Source: Balanoglossus misakiensis (lineage: Eukaryota > Animalia > Hemichordata). From it: 64,000 nucleotides of DNA. The stretch is from positions 11,807,863 to 11,871,862 of the forward strand of contig CM082585.2 in the NCBI GenBank assembly GCA_040954595.2, given 5' to 3'. The position numbers were made by a program, and so were the translations under genes. Below, in pieces: positions 1-13,407 of this stretch. The notes below the pieces were generated by a model. That model did not search any database, was not told where the DNA came from, and saw only the letters and a list, made by a program, of their open reading frames with translations. Position 1 is the stretch's first letter; every line of letters begins with the position of its first letter.

Positions 1-2801
1 TGAGTGTTAAATATATATTTTTGGTGTCTCCAGTGCATGTGGAATGATGGTAAAGTCATTTTAATAAAAACGGCTGTAGCTAGTCTGCGGTCTTTGAACT
101 CATGAGGTCAGATAGACTGTCTGAGTGAGCATTTTCACCTTTAAAAAATCCTTTGATTTGATCACAATTCAGTCATGTGTACTAGTGTATTGTGAAGACA
201 TTTTTGGCATTTTCTGTATTTAATGAGGACACAGTAGATGGTAATTTAGTTCTTGGTGTAGAGAGGAGGGGAAGGCATTTATTCTCATTCCCTATAAACA
301 TGTGTTTGCAAAATATAGAATGCAAATCAATATCCATTTTGGTTTGTTGATTTCAACATGGAGGTACCTCCATGTTGAAATAGCTGGGCAGTGTAAGTTG
401 AACGTGATGAGTGACAATGGGTGTTACTGTAACTGATATAGGTTGTGACAGTAATGAGTTCCTGGAAAGACTTCTGGAAATTCTAGGAATTGTAAATCCT
501 GATCCTGTGAATACCCTGAAAACAGGAAATTCACTCAGGAAACATCTGGAAATTCATTGTTCGTAGGAACCTTTGGTGCAGCAAAATATGCCCATAAAGT
601 GGGGCCAATTGTAATCTTGAAATAGCCTGGCCTGAGTTGACCTCTGATATGGTTCACAACTGTTGCCAAGTGCAATAAAATGTTTACAAAACAAAAAGCA
701 CTGTGTTAACTGATATACTGGCTTGTACAAATAAGTCATATCACTTGTAACATTCTAGGTCAAGTAAGAAAGGATCCAGTGTATGTAATAAAGGCAGATC
801 AAACACTGCATTCATTTGAAAAGCATAAAAAATGACAAAACTTTACAATGTACTGAGTAATTTCCCCCAAAGTTGTTACTATTCTTTATAGGTTCGCATG
901 TGGTGTAATTGCCTGATGCGAAAGTTAATTATTGTGTCCGCATGATAACAACCTGTAGCAATCCACACAGATCATATTTAGTGATTTCAAAGACTGGAAC
1001 CTTGAAAGGCAACGATCAATTGATTCAAAGGATGGTTGTCACATAACATGAATCATGGGAGTCTGTACCCATAGTTACGATATCTTTATTATGACAACAA
1101 TGTAAATGGTTCTATTCTTGTGTATAGAGGTGACCTACTTTGGCCAATTTTGAATTGCCATCTGTTCTTATGATTGCCAAAAGATTCAATCAATGACGAG
1201 TTCACACCCAATACACTTATATTAAGACTATCAAAGATACAAGCAAAATACCACCTGGCAGAAATTTAGACTTTATAATCATTGATTTTGTAAAACATTT
1301 ATCTTAGTGAATAATAACAGAAAGGATTATTTATTGGTAATCAGAATAATTTCGATAATGTAATATTAGAGGTAAAAGATGTAGTTTTCATGGCTTTTTG
1401 CAGGAAAACTATTTTTCTGTCATTCACATCCCAACAAGCATACATGTAACAGCATTGATCATCATTTTGACTTGTAAGTTCTATTTCAAGACTCAGAACC
1501 TAGCATGCACCCATTTATGAAGTCTGTTTGGAAATGTTTACTTGACAACCAATGGTTTCAACAAAACGTGCAATTGTATGCGTGATTGAAAACGCTGCGT
1601 TCTCTATTGATCATACATTGCCATTATAGGTGAATTGAGAGCATACAAGCTATAACCCCTTTCACTTGTTCACTACCAATAGGGCTTTCAAGGTGCCTGT
1701 TCAAGGATGCTTTTATACAAAGACATTACCTTCCCAGACAGATTAACACTTTGAATTATTGTAGGGATGGATTCTCCGAATGCAGATAGAATTGTAGTGA
1801 AATCATTTTTTTTTTAATATTTGAAACAAATCATTCTTTACCAATGGTAAGTGAGTCTTATGAAAGCCCTAAACAGAGAGCACACTACATTCTAAAAACT
1901 AAGATTTTTCAAGGATCAGGAAGATTGGAATCAGTGCTTGGTCATTTTGGCTTTGAGGTCAATGGCTATTTTCTTGAGATCTTTAAATTTGTATGTTCCC
2001 CTAGTTCTGTCATTTTAACTGCAGTGAAATGATTATAAGCTCCACATTTAAGAGTTATGACTGTGTTAAGGGGTTATGTCCACACCTAGAGTAATTTCAC
2101 CATTACATAATATTTTCAAAACGATTTCTGAATCCTGCTAATCAGTAATCCTCTCTCTCCACAGTGTCACATTTTAATTGATCACAAGTGAATCAGAAAT
2201 GGCTGATCATAGTCAAGGTAAGTATTTTTACTGTAATCTTTGACTTTTTCAAATCAGTTTATGCAATTATGTTTTTATCTGGCTTGAAAAATGAACAACC
2301 TTTGCTCTTATCTGTGTTGCCATCAGTTTTATTACGCCAACAGCTTTCTGCTGAGTTTCATATCACAGAGTGAAGGATTTATGTTTGTTTATTATAGACG
2401 AATGCGAAAAAATGGTGGAACTAGTTAAAAATGCATATTAAGATTTGTCAGCTGATAATGTCAGTACTAGTTTGAATAATGAAAAGTGGTTTTGACATGC
2501 CTGAAAAAGACCATTGTTTTGTATTTACCCTGGGGGTAGTATATTTGCCTGCTATTGAATAACTACTGTGTATACAGCTGCTGGACTAGATTTTTATGCC
2601 TCACAACAAATCTAGTGGGTGGGTATGGTGTGAAATTGGCTTCAGAAGCTGTTATCATGTTTGAAAAGCCTATGATCTTCCATCTTGTATCACACTAAGA
2701 CATTTGATATCTTTATTTGAATTAAGTCATATTCATGATTTAAATTATTGCAGCCATCACCTCACACATCCCTGAAAAGATTTTTGTCATCTCCTGATCA
2801 G

Positions 2802-4836
2802 GTCACGGACCCCCAGCTCATGCCCCTGCACATGGACATGACCAACAAGGACCTCCAGCCCATGCTCCTGCATATGGCCATCAACAACAACCCCCACCCC
2901 AGGGGTATGCACAACCCCCACCCCAAGGGTATGCACAACCTCCCCCTCAGGGGTATGCACAACCTGGATATGCCCAGCCTGGCCAACCGGCGTACGGACA
3001 ACCACCACCAGTTCCTGGTGCCCCTCCAGGTGTACAATGGATGCAGGCACCACAGGCACCCTCTAACTGTCCACCTGGTTTGGAGTACCTCACACAGATT
3101 GATCAGCTTTTAGTTCATCAACAAGTTGAACTTCTTGAAGGTATGTCTTTGACGTGATGTGTCAAGCAACAAGTACGTCTTTGATCAAGTGACAAGTGCT
3201 TCACATTGTAAAAATCATGTGTCATACCCAAGCCAATTTTTTATTGAATTCATAGCTTCACTGATCACGCAAACTATTTATAGACAATAAAACATTGATA
3301 TCTTGCTTTCATTGAGAATTCATTGCTTATAAATTTAATGTAATCTAATTTAATGCAGCATTTACTGGTTTTGAAACAAACAACAAATACGGCATCAAGA
3401 ACAGCATGGGACAGAGAGTGTATTTTGCAGCTGAAGGTACGTGCCATCTCTTTGTGTGTGTGTGTGGGTGTGCGTGCATATGCATTGGTGCAGGAGTTCA
3501 GTCATCGCGATGATCTTGGAGTCAATGTGACAAGTGACTGGATTATATTAGAATTCCCAGTTTTATTCCTTTATCTGGTACTATGCTCTGATACATGCGA
3601 CTGTCAAGAAGATGAATCGTTCAGTACGTACTAGAGACTTACAAAGGCACCATGCAAGACCCAATCTAACTCTACTACCTTGTTAAAATCATTTTCTAAC
3701 TTTATGCATCTTGTAGATACTGACTGTTGCACCAGACAGTGTTGTGGATCAGCTCGTCCCTTTGACATGAAAATCCTGGATAACTCACAGCGGGAAGTGA
3801 TCCATCTCCATCGACCTTTGAGGTGTTCCAGTTGCTGGTATCCATGGTAAGTAATATCCCAATTGAGCAAAGTAATATGAAGAGATGCCGATTGAAACCA
3901 TCAACTACAAAATTCATCATGAAGTCTCTCAGAAAAAATACTCAAAAGCAGGTGAAAACATCTGGAAACAATGAATGAATCTCACAGTCAAGTTTGCAAG
4001 ACATTTAGTTCCCAGAAAATCTCACTCTAACGTTTTCCCTTGTCACCCGGAAGCTGTCTGCAAGAACTGGAAGTACAATCACCACCCGGCACAGTGGTGG
4101 GATATGTCAAACAGGCCTGGAGTGTTATCCTTCCCAAGTTTTACATCCAGAATGCCAATAGGGACACCCAGCTGATGATTGAAGGGCCTTTCTGTACCTG
4201 GAATCTCTGTGGAGATGTTGAATTCCAGGTAAGACATTTGTGGGTGTCTGGTTATTCTTGGAATAATGACTGAAGAGTCATTCGGAAGTTGCAATCTTTG
4301 TCGGGATGTTTATTTCTGTGATTAGACAGATTAAGAAAGAATTATTGCAGCTGCTGTCTAACATGTCATGTAAAGAAGATGCTAAGATAAATTCAAATCT
4401 TTCCGTCAACAATTGTAGGTGTTATCCAATGATGGGTCAACGCAAGTTGGCAAGATTTCCAAACAGTGGTCTGGATTGGCCAAGGAAATGTTCACCGATG
4501 CTGATAACTTTGGAATCACATTCCCTATGGATTTGGATGTCAACATCAAGGCTGTTATGCTGGGAGCTTGCTTCCTCATTGTAAGTCAAACTACTTTCTG
4601 TGGAAAATTTCTCACACAATCTGTAATTCTGTTTGATCTGAAATCCCCTTTTGTTACGTGTAACCTGTTTAACTATTTTCAGAAGCTACCACATGTTTCT
4701 GCATTTCAAACAACACATTGTTCTGAACTGTATAACAATTTTGGGTAAATGGAATTTTTATCCCTTTTTACAGGACTTTATGTTCTTTGAGAAGAGCGGA
4801 AACAAGGATGACCAGCGTGGTATGGGTATGTTCTAA
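2802..4836 (+). CDS. PLSCR: Phospholipid scramblase (PLSCR family), 5'-partial (start exon not identified)
   Basis: GT-AG exons 2802-3140, 3359-3436, 3717-3846, 4054-4228, 4419-4580, 4774-4836. They translate to a Pro/Gln/Tyr-rich N-terminus, then [88 protein letters not shown] and LGACFLIDFMFFE, all hallmark scramblase motifs. Confidence 0.95.
2888..2959 (+). repeat. Coding 24-nt tandem repeat x3 (QPPPQGYA) in the scramblase N-terminus
   Basis: caacccccaccccaggggtatgca-like unit repeated three times, preceded by a GPPAHAPA(H/Y)GH(D/Q)QQ duplication. Confidence 0.85.
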
Positions 4837-7197
4837 TCATCATGGAAAAAAAGAAAAAACAACACCAAGCATTTGTCTAATCAAGGTGATAGACTATGAT
4901 ATCAAAAAGGAAAAAAAAAGATGTCTCACTTTCAGTGCTGTACTATCACAGTAGTATTAAATGTAATGTTAGCCTGTAGTTCAAGTGCAATTCCTGTTTG
5001 TTAAAAAATCTTCACAAAAAAACCTCAAAAGTTTAAAACTGTTTATTGTGTTGCTGCAATATAGCACATTATTTTTAACCAACTCGTACTAGTATTTGCG
5101 TAAACTTTAGAATAAACTATATCTTTAGTTCTTCTACCAGAAGTGTGTTTAGAAATGTATTCAGAGGCTGTTAAGTCCAACGGACTCAACCACAATTACT
5201 ACTAACAGCACCGTTGCTTATCAGCTATCGGCACACAGCGTCCCCATGAGGTGAATGTGCATGTGTATTTTGTTACGTGTTGCAGTGGCCAATCAGCTGG
5301 AAGAGAACTACACAAACAATGTCTGATCTTGATAAGTAATGGTGCTGTGATAGGTTACATTTACGTAATTAATGAGGCTGAAACAATGTATAGTAACTTA
5401 ACCCTTTTTATCCATGTTTATATCAGTCTGGAGTGTCTTAATAGTGAAGCCCTTCAACTTCTGTACAAACTGAACAAACAGTTACTATTTACTTATTTTC
5501 CAAACTCAGAACTATTTACAAGTGACAAAACAAGCTACAACTAGCTTGTGAATGTATTTCCATCCATGTGTAACTGAAGGAGTATTTGTAGGAATTGTCC
5601 GCAATAGAGCAGATCTTTTAATTCTAAATCACTTGAGATCAGTTCACTTTTAAATTAACTTTAATACTGTTACACTTCCCACTTGATAAGGTTTTTTAGT
5701 ATCTCTATATTTTGGTACCACAAGATGTATTTCTTTTTTTTTTTTGGACAATAACACCAGTTAAACAGAACGATTCATGGTTCTGAGAAATGCCTCTTGG
5801 AAACAACGAATCTTTCAAGCTTAGCAGAAACTATCATTAACCATAAGAGTATTAACGATCACTGTATGTATACATTTTCACAACTCCCCTTAAACCCTGA
5901 CTGTCTTTCTGACAGATGTTTGTACACACTCACATTCCAGTGTGAAAGAATAAATGTCTCTATTTCCGGATAATGACACTTTTGTATGGTAGAAAGTTGT
6001 TATCAGACTGTGTTTTCTTTCATGTAGACTTTAACATGGAGTTTTGTTATTTTTTATGTAAATAAAACTGTTCCAATACGAAATATGTTTACGGATGTGA
6101 AATTATCAAATGCTGGATGCAGAAGTGGACCAACATTGGTCACATGTACCGGTAATTTGAAATGAGACATGTATAGCGCCCTCGCACATGCATCTTTTCT
6201 TTTCTCTTTTCTTCACCTTTCAGCCACATGCTCGGAAAAGAAATGAGCTCAGTTGGAAATTAGACACATTTTATGTTCAAACTGTTAGTTCACCACTCAG
6301 CTGCCAGATAAATTGTAATTAGAACTAGCATCCACGTTAATGAAAGTGTTTGGCAGTTATTTACTCATTAACTTTTGGGTTTTAACTCTGAAATATCTTT
6401 GTCTGGTGATTACAATCAGCTTGACCCTGAAGTCTGCATTCACAAATGAATGAAACTGGTTCTGCTTAAAATGCAGGATTGACACAAAGCCCAAGGTCAC
6501 ATGTGTCTCCATGGTAACACAGTCGAACTGACACTGATTTGACAGGGTCCAACACACACAAGTAAATATTTCATTCAAGTCACAAGGTCAGACATTTCAG
6601 TATGGACACATCTCAGTATAGAAACAGAATGATGAAGAAAATACCACACAAAGTATGCAGATCTTTGAGTATTTATTTCTGTTATAAATTTAATCAGTTT
6701 ATGAATTTGAAACCTTGAGTATAATTATGGATTTGATTAACAGCCCCTTAAAAGTGCTGTCATGGTAACTGGAGCCATTCAAGCAAGGGTCAATGGGATT
6801 ACACCGAGTTTTAGATTTTGCATGTGAAGGGTAAATGGGTCAACATGAGATGAAAAAAAATAAAATGAAAAATATTGGACTTGTACATGAACTACTGGTC
6901 ATCACCAGTAAAGCACAAATTATGTTAATTTAAGAGAGAATTAGCATTTGACCTTCGCTATTCAAACACTCTCCTATAAACAGGTCATTTCACTTTGGTC
7001 TCTGGGTTGAAATATCTGGGTCACATGTCTAGCAGTGTGCAGCTAATCTGGGTCAGCATACATCCCTTGAAAAGATTTTGCAGCACAGTGTGTGCAACAT
7101 AAGGAATTCTGTACATTAATGTACTTGTCCCTTCTGTGTATTACACATGTATTCAACTCAGTTTGCAATGTCTGTGAGCACGCCATTTTAGCAAGTT

Positions 7198-8912
7198 TTA
7201 TTTCCCTATTCGTTGAACCATCCATTCTTGTTGGCAAAGTGGGCATCTATTGTTCTGTTTCACCCACAGTGACATACAGCAGTTGTGAAAGGAATGGTTG
7301 CAATCTCCCCAGACAACTAAAAAAAAAAGAAAGAAAAAAAAAATAAACCCTCAGTTAGTTTGTGTCAGGAATATTGGATATTATAAGTTGGAAATTATAA
7401 CAAGTAGCTTTTGAAGACAGACATTTCTAAAACAAAAGGAAAAACGAAAAGATAGAGAAGATAGTGATAATAAAAATCCTATGCACTTCATGTGCAGAAG
7501 TGCTTATTTTGAACCTAGCTGCTGGTAGCAACCAACCACATACATTGAATCCTTCGGTATCTCCTTAAAACTACTTATATTATTTTAATTATAAGACGCG
7601 GATGTGTTGACGTTTTGAATTTTACATGGTATACTCACATTATCAGTAACAAACTTGTTTTTCTGAAGTGTTATGTAGACATTTTGATAAGAATTACAAG
7701 ACAGATAATGTGTGTCAAAAGTACTGATAACCCATTTACCATTTTAATAGCTTCTGTGCATGTGCAACTAGACACACCCCCTTATTTGCATATGGCAACA
7801 TTGGTTGGGTTGGGTTGGACAATGCCATGGTGAACTTTGGGACTATTTTAATGAACTATAATATTCAGAATAGTGTAACATTCCTACCTACACAATCTTC
7901 TTGCTTGTTTTCAGCTTGGCAGCGCAGACAGGCATCTACATGGGCAAAGAATAAATAATTATCATATTTTAATTTGAGAAGGTCATGTCACTCACACCCA
8001 AGAGGCGTGTACGGTCGGTCACACGTTTCACCACTGCTTTTCATATTAGTTGTGGAACGTGCGTTGCAAATAGAAGGTCATCTCGCGGGCACAACGCGTT
8101 CCTGGGGATTCCATAACGATTAACCTCAGGATCAATACAATGCACTGACCCTGCGTGAAAGTAAGGTCACTTCTACCAGCGCATACGTCATTGACAGCCA
8201 GACGGCTTATTCAGGATGCAGCGATTGCAGTCGTGCGTGTACCGTACTTGGGCAAAATGCTCCTCCAGTGGGCGAATGAGCCAACTGCCGAGGCTTCAAA
8301 CATTGTTGGGTGATACAACAGTACTCCAGGCTCGGTAAGATGTTAAGTTTTTTTCTCCCATTTTAATCGAGAAGCGGATAAACGAGTGCTAAGTTTAGGA
8401 ATTGAAACCTACACTATGTACCGCTATATGTAAATAACAGAATAAATTATAGACAATCAACTAATACAAGGATATAAACATTGGCTTGTCTCGCACGTCG
8501 GACAAAATCTGAATTTGTTAAATTTTATCATTTATTAACGTAAACACTGGTCAGAATTGCAGAAGGGAGATATGGGAACAATGCATATCCTAAATTGGGT
8601 CTGTCCTATCAAATACAATGCCCCTGCAGCTCATAATAATACCAAGGACTCAGCTTCATGCATGCAAATTTACAACAAGAAACGTCGAATGCAGCAGAGA
8701 GGTTGAAGCTCAAGTGAGAACGGAATATTTTGCAATATCTCACCCATTACTTGAACTCTACAGATAGCGCAAGTGTCACATTCGACATCCCAGCTCCACA
8801 TAGCGACGGCGTTCCATTTCTTCAGACTAAACATTTTCTCTGCTTTCTGGTCTGTAGATTTTTCTCCGACTTCAACGACGCCGTCTCCACCCGTTTCCTC
8901 CATCTCCGCCAT
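7198..8912 (-). CDS. RNF7: RING-box protein 2 (RNF7/RBX2/SAG), cullin-RING ligase subunit
   Basis: Exons 8912-8744, 7935-7888, 7316-7198 give MAEME...[85 protein letters not shown]. Confidence 0.97.
7981..8354 (+). ncRNA. Candidate structured non-coding RNA of unassigned family in RNF7 intron 1 (antisense)
   Basis: GC/CpG-rich island in an AT-rich intron with at least six complementary helices. The G-U pairs work on the + strand, and the segment ends in a T7 run. No family recognised. Confidence 0.35.
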
Positions 8913-9356
8913 CTTGGTTTGTTCTGCCTTGCGCAGAATGCTCGCACGAGGGCGACTGGCTTATTATCAGCGCATCTGCATAGCAAGTGGGTAGATTTCA
9001 GTTTTAATTGATTTTATTAGCAATGGGGTTTAATTTGAACTGTAATGTAGCATTTTTGCTTATGTGGAATTTATTTCAAAATAAGTACGAGCGCTCTACG
9101 ATAACATTTTCTTCCGACACGTGAGGGCGCACCCGTAGCGACGACTTTATTACCAGTCAGGTATTCGACAAACTAGTGAAAATTATTTGAAGAATAATAA
9201 TTTATGACAGCGTGTCATTTTGTCATTTGTGTATGAGAACTCATTGATGATATCAATTGGAATTTTTTTCACAAGAATTTTTGACAAAAACTGGCAAAAT
9301 TGCAAAGCTTCATATTCGACGTTACGCGCTTGTAATACAACGATTGTTATTCTGCT

Positions 9357-9371
9357 GTTGCTATAGACAAC
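9357..9371 (+). promoter_or_regulatory. RFX X-box-like motif upstream of NME7
   Basis: GTTGCTATAGACAAC ~70 nt before the proposed NME7 ATG, within the RNF7/NME7 divergent promoter. NME7 is a ciliary/centrosomal gene. Confidence 0.55.
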
Positions 9372-9439
9372 AAGTCTGGAGCCCGGTAGTAGTTCAAGTA
9401 ACGTCGAAGCGAGGTTTTTGCACGGACAAACAAGACAAA

Positions 9440-12013
9440 ATGGTTGGTAACTGCTTTTAAAACTGTTTCTGTTCTTTAATTAGCAAAGTACTGGACGAAT
9501 TGTTTTGTATGATCTCAGTTCGACCATGAAAATTATCTCGCATGACACGATCGCTGTGTATTTCAATGGACAGGGATCGTCACTATAGCAGTAGTGATTC
9601 GTGATTGATATATTTCAACAAATAACAGCTTGATTTTAAGTTTCAAACCAAGTAGATAAAGGAGCGGACTTTTTGAACCAATGTCTAGCAATTTCTGTTG
9701 TATTTCAAGCATCACAGCACGACATTCAAATCGTGCGCGTCCACGCGTAGTTGTTTATTTCAAGTTCAGTCATGTTTTGAAATGAGTCCGGAAGAAAAGT
9801 ACACATGTTCTCAATCGGATTGCGGAGATCAAACCGCTATATTTGAGCTATGTTTTGATTACCCAATCGGTCACAATGTGTAAAACAAACTACGAAACAA
9901 AAGAAAGGTGTCAACATGATTTGACCTCATTTAGCCTGGGATATCATCGACAGTTATGGAGGACATCGACCCTAGCTAGTGTTTCTTACTAGTTGTTTGT
10001 CATTTAAATCTGGATTTGTTTTTCTTCTGTGATTTCAGTCAAGTATGGATGAACGATTCGCTTTCGTAGCTGAATGGTATGATGCCAACGCAGCACTCAT
10101 CAGAAGATATCAGTTCCTGTACTATACAAAGGATGACACCATTGAAATGGTACGTAGTTCAGAAATTTAAATGACTATCATTGTAGATCCCATATGGCAT
10201 TATTCTATTACCTTGAAACTTTGAAAAATGTTCACATATAAACAATTACTGGAGTTACTATTTTTATTTCACAGTTTGACATCAAAAACCGGAGAGTATT
10301 CTTGAAGAGGTCAAAGTGTGAAGGAGTACGTCTCCAAGATCTTTTCATTGGAGCATCAGTCAATATCCATTCTAGGCAACTGAGCTTTGTAGATTATGCA
10401 GATGACTTCACAAGGAAACGACTCAGCACAAGAAAAGAAAGGTATATATAAGTATGAACATTACCCTTTCACCACAATGGTTCGGTCCAAATCTATTGTT
10501 TTCCATGGTAAAGTTGGACCTCTACAGATCATGATGACAAATTTCCTTATCTTTTCTTTCATTAGAACCCTAGCCATGGTCAAGCCCTGTTCCACTGACA
10601 AAGTGGGACACATTATGGATATGATATTTGCTGATGGTCTTCTTATTACAAAAGCAATCATGACCAGAGTGACCAGAGCTGAAGCACAAGAGTTCTATAG
10701 AATGCATGAACAGAAACCGTTCTACGAGTAAGTCTTTCATTCCTATGTATTGCTGCTGTATTACTAGTCTACCACTGCTACCATAAGTAGTCTCAAATAA
10801 ATTGGGTTCGATGATGAAGTGAAAATTGAGTGCTAGCGGGTGCACAATGAAACATACAGTAACCTGTGCTGTGATCCATATCACTTGTCCAGAGTTGTGG
10901 CAAGACTGTCTCACTCTGTCAATGGCCGTTCATCTGACCAAGCATCCCATCTTATTTTGCAGTGAACTTGTCCAATACCTGACCAGTGGCATAGTGATAC
11001 CCATGGAACTCATGGGAGACAATGCAATCCAGCGCTGGAGAAATCTTGCAGGACCAACAGACAGTGCCATTGCACGTAGTGAAGCTCCACAGAGTGTAAG
11101 AGCCAAATTTGGTGTAGGTAAGGATGAATTCATGACTTTATGATTCCACAGTAGACAGTGGGCACATGTATGTGAAATTGATTTTCTCATTTTGATACAC
11201 GACAACTGAGTGGATTTTCTGACTGATGGTTTTGTCTTCTTCTTCAACAGACAAAGGGACCAATGCAGTGCATGGAGCTGACTCTCCTGAAAACGCTGAG
11301 AGAGAAGCAAACTTCTTCTTTGCCGGACCACCAAAACCAAACACAGCAACACTTGTAGACTGTACCTGTTGCGTTATCAAACCACATGCTGTGCTTTCAG
11401 GTAAAATCAAGTCCTATGGTGGCATCCCTGCAAACTAAAATCATTCATTCTTTACCATGATTAGACTTGTCGTTAAGGCCAATAAAACTTTGAAATCCTT
11501 TTTCTCTTGCAGGCCATGCTGGTAAAATCATAGTGGCTATCCAGGATGCAGGATTCAAAGTTTCTGCTCTACAGATGTTTAACATAGACAAAGCCAATGC
11601 TGAAGAGTTCTATGAAGTGTACAAGGGTGTAGCTGGTGAATACACAGTAAGTGGCCTTTCATTCGCATAGGTTGGCATAAGGTCAATACACCATCATACT
11701 TTCATTTGATATGTCCAAGCCTTAATGGTTTGTCTTACAAGTTTTGTGCTATTTTCTTTTACAGGATATGGTGACAGAGTTGGTTTCTGGTCCATGCATA
11801 GCGCTTGAAATCACCGGCAAGGGCAAAGAGACACCGGAAACCTTCCGGGAATTCGTTGGTCCCGCTGATCCCGAAATAGCTCGTCATCTGCGGCCGCGTA
11901 CATTACGCGCCATCTTCGGCAAGGATAAAATCATGAATGCCGTACACTGTACTGACCTTCCAGAAGATGGCGTCTTGGAGACGGAGTATTTCTTCCGTAT
12001 TTTATCCAAGTAG
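9440..12013 (+). CDS. NME7: Nucleoside diphosphate kinase 7 (DM10 + two NDK domains)
   Basis: Probable ATG-only exon 9440-9442, then exons 10039-10149, 10275-10441, 10566-10727, 10963-11117, 11251-11400, 11513-11646, 11765-12013. Motifs: ERFAFVAEWYD, NAVHGADS, CTCCVIKPHAV, GPADPEIARHLRPRTLRAIFGK, NAVHCTDLPEDG. The start could instead be the ATG at 10045. Confidence 0.96.
10462..10527. mobile_element. Truncated copy of a ~90-bp piggyBac-like MITE
   Basis: ccctttcaccacaatggttcggtccaaatctattgttttccatggtaaagttggacctcta closely matches the copy at 49514-49598. Confidence 0.6.
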
Positions 12014-12653
12014 GAAAAGAAAATCTCCAGATGTCCACCATACAGCATTCAGTTAGAACGTGCAACAATTTTCAACCTCTGAAAACAGGTGTCACATAAA
12101 TCTGACCATGCAGACACTCTTATAAGTCTTAGTGAATGCATCGCCAGATTCCGTGAAAACTACAAATACTTAGCCTTGCAACTTTCTTGGAATGAATCTG
12201 TTTTTAAACAGCTTTGCAGCTCATGGTCCGTGTTATGTCTTTTTGGAGCATATATGCTTTGAAAACAGGCTTCATTTTGTACCTTGGGAAGGACTGTTTA
12301 AAACTGCATGGAGAACGTTAGATATTTAGATCCCCTTTTTTTCTTTCCTCACAAGCTTCTCCTGCTAGTATGCACATATTTTATGTAGTCATCATGCAGT
12401 CACAAAATCATTTAAAAACTAACGTTACAAGAAACATACAGGATAGCAAAAATTACTTGTATATATTTTCCAAATTGCTGATTGTTATAATGCTATCCTT
12501 TCTACCTTAGTATGATAGAAAGGTTTTTTTTTATGTATTGGTTAGCATGTGTAATTTAGTTGTTATCTCAGCATATTGCTTTGTTGTCTTGCAATTTGAC
12601 TGCAAAATAAACAACTTTTGATGTCAACGTGTCTCTGTGTGTTTATATTTCCC

Positions 12654-13069
12654 TAGACTCTAAGCAGTCGCTGTGCCTATGGAACTTTCGGAACTGCGTC
12701 AGCGTACGTGGACGCGCCGCCAGGCAAAGCGACTGTACGTTTCTGCACACATATATTTGATATGAATATTCATGAGCGGCATTAATTTGCATGTAGAACA
12801 TCTAGAAGCGCACAAAAATCGCGATAACGCCCAAAAATGCGTATTCTGTACGTGGTATGTACGCGTATAGAACTCATGTTGACGCGACGCTAATTTGATT
12901 GACAGACATATGAGGTTCGAATGTTCTCCGCTACTTACCAAAATCTGGTAAAACCACTTGAGGGCGTTTACAGAATCGGCAAGACTGTGTGATTAGCGTC
13001 GCGTCATGTTCTATACGCAACGCGGACGCGCATTTCTTTTTCAGTATCACACGTCTTGGAGCAAGACTA
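12654..13069. mobile_element. Probable non-autonomous DNA-transposon remnant between the convergent 3' ends
   Basis: Abruptly CpG-rich ~415-bp block in AT-rich DNA, bounded by TAGACTC... and ...AGACTA. The two ends are not a matching TIR pair. Confidence 0.35.
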
Positions 13070-13185
13070 ATATTTCCCCCAAGGAAAAAAGTGGTTACAG
13101 AATACAGTTTGTCTTAATATTTGGCGAGAAGACAATGATCATTCCTTGTGATATTCCCTTATTAAAAAAAATGTTGACGATCAAG

Positions 13186-13268
13186 AACACTTTCATGCAG
13201 AAATTCCTCCAGCTCTGAATCTATCAATTTAATTCAGAGCCATCATAAGCTGCATACTTGAAAGTGTT
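13186..13268 (-). promoter_or_regulatory. SECIS element (type I-like) in the 3'UTR of the DsbA-like gene
   Basis: Minus strand reads helix I (AACACUUUCA..AUGCAG / CUGCAUGAAAGUGUU), AUGA core (13246-13243), an 11-bp helix II (GGCUCUGAAUU/GAUUCAGAGCU), an apical loop starting AAA, and a 3' GA. Confidence 0.88.
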
Positions 13269-13407
13269 ATGATACATTCTGACCCAAACCCACTTCTTTT
13301 CATTGTATAAGAGTACAGTGCAATTTTTCATTAATTCATTCATGGTGTGTGAAGTGACCGTGATTCATTCACTAACATTTCATTGCACAGGCTGTGTTTT
13401 CCGTGCC

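Noticed and set aside
2748-3113. ORF-track 121-aa protein and the antisense ORFs here
   Set aside because: Off-frame readings of the repetitive Pro-rich scramblase exon.
8255-8285. HDV-like ribozyme (TCCTCC...GGCGAATG)
   Set aside because: Only ~5 nt separate the L3-like and J4/2-like motifs, leaving no room for P3', P1', P1.1 and P4.
7981-8354. Telomerase RNA, RNase P/MRP, 7SK or SRP identity for the intronic element
   Set aside because: No CTAACCCTAA template, no matching P4 CR-I/CR-V pair, no paired GATC motifs and no SRP helix-8 motif found on either strand.
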